From Mizuhopecten yessoensis (taxonomy: Eukaryota), in contig NW_018408893.1 in the NCBI RefSeq assembly GCF_002113885.1, positions 427,073 to 491,072 on the forward strand: a stretch of DNA of 64,000 nucleotides. The letters run 5' to 3'. Positions 58,741-64,000 of the stretch are shown piece by piece. Every line of letters begins with the position of its first letter. The stretch's first letter is position 1. The notes below the pieces were generated by a model. It did not search any database. It worked only from the letters and a program-made list of their open reading frames with translations, and was not told the DNA's origin. Position numbers and translations under genes: made by a program.

Positions 58741-61700
58741 TGAAATAATTTGCAACGGTATAAAAACGATATACCACCTGCAATGTTCTGATATGTATAT
58801 AAGGCTTAGATGGCAATTATTAATCGCGTCAAATGACCACAAGGACCCCGACATCTCATGAAACTACTTATTGATGACGTCACGAGCAATGACTTAACCC
58901 AGGAAGGTCAATGTAAGTCCACCTCACTTCGAATAATCCTGATGTCACTATTCCACAGCAGATTTAGCCTTTTTCTATCTGTCTTACTTAACTTGATGTC
59001 TTAATATGCATGTCTTAATTTGCTTTATGTCATAACAAACGTTGCAAAATTTGACTTAAGAGCTTAGTTTACAATGCACATAAAACCAGCCTTAAACAAT
59101 TCTATAAGAACACATAAGCCTGTGTCGGTTCATACAAATTTAACAAGAATATGTATGAATTGACAATGTGTGTTTACCACTGAAATATATCTTTTCTTCA
59201 TAAATTAATTTAATGCGATATTCCGTTATATACATTGGTCAGTATTATTCAGTGCTATTGAAGTTTCAGGACCAACAAGGTGGTGAGTATAACATGGATC
59301 TGAACGTAAGGTGTTAAAAAGCGACATTTTTGAAAACAATAAAAACTCGTTGAAAACAGGATCTACCATCGGAACAAAATCAGTAATTTGGTTAACAAGC
59401 ATACGTTTTTGGTCTGTTATAATTTTTGATAACTTTTAATCTGGAGGAAACACTGGAATAATCTTTTGCGCATGCGTAAACATTTTGAGAATAAATTAAA
59501 ATTCGTAATGCCGTGTCACGAAATAGGAATAACTTTCGTGATGTATATACATTTGCGATATTTTATTAGATCCCACTCAAATTCACTTGTAGAAGCAGTC
59601 GATGTTTTGTTCTTTAAATAAATCACAGATAGATAATTATGAAAATGTTCATATAACTCCCTTCAAGTAAACTATATCAGATATGTATGTAGCAGTCATA
59701 ACTTCACATTAAAGGGAAAGTAAACATTGTTCAAAAGCAATATTTTATGTGGATATTTAAATAAGAACTGTTGACATTTTTGTGCTGACGACCCTGGTTT
59801 ACTTCACTTTAATGTCAAGAAAGTCGAACCATTATAGATAATGTCAAGTTGTTTATTACCTTCAGACTTTACTGCCTTTAATTGATATAACACTTGGTTT
59901 TATTATCTTCGGTATTTATTACCAATGCTCCTTTCCCCTTCGGTTTGACGCCATCCAGTAACAACGTTTACCGTTCAAACATAAATACAACACAACACAA
60001 TCAATACACATAGAAATCTCGAGTGTTACAGACTACGTTTTGTAACAAGTAATATGGTATTTTTCGTTATACAGTGATCTCTTTATAATTAGTAGGATTT
60101 ACCAACTGGATAAATTAAAACATACAACAGTTTACTGCTAGCATCATGTCCTACTCTGTTAATTCTGTAAGTGAATACTTTTTACGTAAATTATTTTCCC
60201 TCCCACACTTGTCTAAGTATATCGTGTATCCTTACCCTAATGGTATGGTAACATATATCATCTATAGTGTCCTTCTCCAAAATATATCCTATACCAGTAT
60301 TGCATAATCGTCTCTTAATGTTATCGCTCTATCATCTAACACGTCTTAATAGGCAGTTCGCAGAATATCAGTTCTGGTGGTATCTCTATACAAAAGTCGG
60401 GAAACCAAACGATCGGACTAAATTCATCAAATAGTCATTTGTTTCTTTAACCAACAGTTACTGTATTGTACTATTGTTTTTATTCTATTTATGTTTTTTT
60501 TTGTTTGCAATATAGCAAGCCCCATTCCCCATAACTTGACGCAAATCTTTCTCAAAAGCTTAATTAAACTACTTACATATATGCACATATTCGTATCTCC
60601 ACATTTAAGAAATTATAAGCTCGTCAATATAATTGTGGACTTAATGCAATATGGAAATGGACACTCGCATTCCGGGAAATGCTTATACTTCGATGCACAT
60701 GATTGTGTTCACATCTGTGTTTGTGTAGGCGTTTGTGCTATTTTAAATATCTTTGGTGCCTTTTGTTGTGTTGCTTTTTGAATAGACATTTTGATTTGCA
60801 TTAATTTTACTTTACTATAGAGATCATCAATATTTTGACATGGACATGTTGTTAGATTGGAGAGTGATGTCGGTAATGGTGTGGTGGCCGGTGATAGTCC
60901 TATGATATCAGTTTACATCGTAAAACACTTCCTTGTAGGGGGGTTACGATAACACTAGTCAGTGACTGTGTACAGGCGTGTAAGGGAGACAAACAAATCA
61001 GTCGAGTGTTATATTTTACCAGCGACACCTGTCGTACAGGTAAAGTGTCAATATTACCTGAATGGTAAGGCCGTGAACATTGCATTAGGGCTTTCATGAT
61101 TTAAAAATACAAGATAACAGAGAAAAAACTGTTCTACTGTAGAAATCGCGAAAAATATTATATAGACAATGCGAATAACAGAGGGGCGGCCTATAAAACA
61201 CGTGTTTACAAACCGTAACTATTAGCCAAAGCTATTAATATGAACTGCTGATTAAAGGAAAAGCGGCAAACCTGTTGTGTTAAGGGATGAACAGGTTATG
61301 AAAATGAGAAAAGAGAAATCAAGTGTGTGAGTGTAATAACTGTGTTATATATCCTGAAAAGAAATTCTACACAGAACTTTTCAAACATATCACTGTTTTA
61401 TAATGACAGTAGTATACATTGTAGTTATTCTCTTGATACTGGTGTCGATATCATGACTATTCTATTGGGTGTGAATTAACAAAACTGATATATATATACG
61501 ATAATTGTATTAAAGAAGGCGACTTGATATCAACAGAATAATTGTGTTTTAGGGCTTTTGTCAGTGTCGTAACACTAATATCAAGAGGATCATTGGAGTT
61601 GACAGCTGTTGCTGTTTGTAATTTAGTAGGTGACGTATGTTACTGTTTTTGCTGATATAAATAAAACTGTATTACAAATGGCGTTTATTGCTTTACCATT

Positions 61701-62071
61701 GATATCAATAAAATAAATGACGTAAAGGAGATTTTGTTTTTAAGATATCAATTCGATAACAGTAATATAAAAGGAAACATTTGTAATGCAACACGTAAAT
61801 CCTATTTGGATACGTACAGTACATGCAACTGAAATGTAAATATTCAAGGCACGAACCGCTGTGAAGTTAGATTAATTTAATCATTATTGATTTGATTCAT
61901 CTTTAACAATACAAAAAGTCCCGTCTCTTAAACTGGTGAATAATTGACTCAGTTTATGTGCTGAACTGCGCCTTCATATAGACAATACTAAACAAACGTG
62001 TTTGTATAAAGTTTTATTTAGTTTTAAATAACAAAAGATAATGCTGCCAACATGCGTGAACTGATATGAAC

Positions 62072-63574
62072 TTAGATCGGGTTCTCCGGACGTTTGTCCA
62101 GGTACCGCTTCACGTTTTCGTTATCCTCAACCTTCTGGCGGTTAGCTGCCAATTTAGGAAAGTCTTTCAAAGCATCTGCATTCAGCAGAAGAAAGTCTGT
62201 AAATACCTCATGGCACGCCAGGTCTGCTAACGTCAGCTAAAATGTGAAACATGACAAAATGATTGTTAGTGACATTTCATTTATTGTCACCAATTAATGC
62301 AAACAAAATTATAATAAAGGTCAACACAGAGTACAATAACAAATCAAAACAAAATATCCGGTATCAACATAATATTTACACAAAGTTTTCATGCTATAAA
62401 TAACCTAAACACAAAATCCACTGCCTCAACAGAAATACATTGCCACGGTCACATCCTCCTCCACAAAGTATCATACCCAGCCTCAACAGCCTATCTATTT
62501 GACATCAATTATATGTACCTTTTATCCACCTATATGGACGTATGTAGATGATACTAATATATATACAAGTTTGCATTTTATATCTATACTACATTGTACA
62601 ACATTCTTCTTTAGAATGTAGTGACAAGTTTTGGATAGCCTTAGCTCTAGTTATGCACATCAGCAACGACCAAAACACGTTAAAGGGAGCTAACAGCGAC
62701 TGTTAATGTTTATTTAGACGAGTAGCTGCGTGTGGCCTCGTATCCTGTTAGATGTCACCGGGATGTACGGAAACAAATAAGGAAAATGACCATTTTAAGT
62801 GTGTGATAATTAATATTGGCATTTAAAACGATATCAAGTGACAAAAACTATATGTCTAAACTTACTTCAGATCCAACGAAAAATCCGTTTTTGCCTCCGC
62901 TGTTTTCTAAGAAAGTTGTTAAGATTCTGGCAAACTTAGGAATAGTTTCATCCACCAATGTCTTCGTTATTTCCGTCTGATAAACACAATGTAAGGTTAA
63001 ATATTAAGAAAATTGGAGGGAAAGTAATGGTGATATTTTTTTCGATCACTTAAATTTAAGATAATGTTTCAAATGGCTAATTCGCAAATACATATTTGAA
63101 TTGATAAAATCAACAACAACCTTGCCGGGATGAATTTTCGGAAACAACAGTTTGAAACAACAAATCTTCATCTACTGTTCTCGCAAAATGAAAAAAAACA
63201 CCATTAAAAATATGAGATAAGCAGATATAAGAGGTAGGTAAGGAAGCACTAATTGAAAACCTATAAAGTTGCTAAAGAACGAAGTAAATATTGACTATGT
63301 TGACGACTTCTAAATGAATCACATTCTTAGTTTCAAATACACGTATTAATTATGTCTTGATATACATACTCATTTATAATGAACCTACATAGTGTCCAGA
63401 CGTTATACGAATAACATCGGAGACATATTCTAGAGAAACTATAATGAATTTCACTGACCTTCTTGGTCTCATCCTTTTCGAAGTGCGATTTGACGTACTC
63501 TGTGAGGCAATCCGCAGCCGTGTCTATGACCTGGTCGACCAGACACTGGTCCAGATTGTTCTTACCTGCCAAAC
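62072..63574 (-). CDS. Glutathione S-transferase, sigma class (copy 3; exons 3-5, 5' exons beyond the window)
   Basis: Exons 63574-63459 (LAGKNNLDQCLVDQVIDTAADCLTEYVKSHFEKDETKK), 62976-62866 (TEITKTLVDETIPKFARILTTFLENSGGKNGFFVGSE) and 62236-62072 (LTLADLACHEVF...KRPENPI*). All open, with the same intron phases as copy 1. Confidence 0.92.
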
Positions 63575-64000
63575 CTGTAAAATATCATAAAGAACAGAAT
63601 CTATCACACCACTTGTACAACAATATTATAGAGAACACAGTCTACCACATCACCTGTAAAATATCATAGAAAACAACGTATACCACACCACCTGTACAAT
63701 ATCTTAGAGAACACAAATAACCACATCACATGCACAATACCGTAGAGAAAAAAGTCTACGACATCACCTGTAAAATATCTTAGAGAACACAGTCTACCAC
63801 ACCGCCTGCACAATACCGTAGAGAACAAAGTCTACCACACCAACTGTACAATACCGTAGAGAACAAAGTCTACCACACCACCAGTACAATATCTTATAGT
63901 ATACAGTCTACCACATCACCTGTAAAATATCATAGAGAAGACAGTATACCACACCACCTGTACAATATCACAGATAACACAGTCTACCACACCACTTGTA
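63573..64000. repeat. Minisatellite, ~38-bp unit, about 11 copies, runs off the window
   Basis: acctgtaaaatatcatagagaacacagtctaccacatc variants head to tail, starting at the GST copy 3 exon-3 acceptor. Confidence 0.92.

Overview
AT-rich, intron-containing animal DNA, most likely from a bivalve mollusc (judged from the tyrosinase type, the multi-chitin-binding protein and the repeat families; the species cannot be fixed). Gene models were assembled by hand from GT-AG sites and reading-frame phase. In order: (1) a BTB-BACK-PHR gene on the minus strand (about 455 aa); (2) head-to-head with it, an alanine aminotransferase whose 492-aa CDS has no intron, with probable introns only in its UTRs; (3) a secreted protein with several chitin-binding type-2 domains (minus, 333 aa); (4) a roughly 4-kb 26-bp satellite; (5) a secreted tyrosinase (plus, 653 aa, intact CuA/CuB); (6) a minus-strand tandem array of sigma-class GSTs: one intact gene (209 aa), one multiply disabled pseudogene, and the last three exons of a third gene. 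Intergenic and intronic DNA carries a CR1 LINE fragment, Penelope-like remnants, Helentron/HINE-like elements, many MITEs and minisatellites. An N-gap has near-identical duplicated flanks. The best leads are the chitin-binding/tyrosinase/GST neighbourhood as a possible sclerotisation or pigmentation module, the probable ALT retrogene on a shared promoter, a degenerate hammerhead motif in a terminally repeated unit, a compact multi-stem element at about 31.0 kb, and a minisatellite that multiplies a GST splice acceptor. All functional links are inference.
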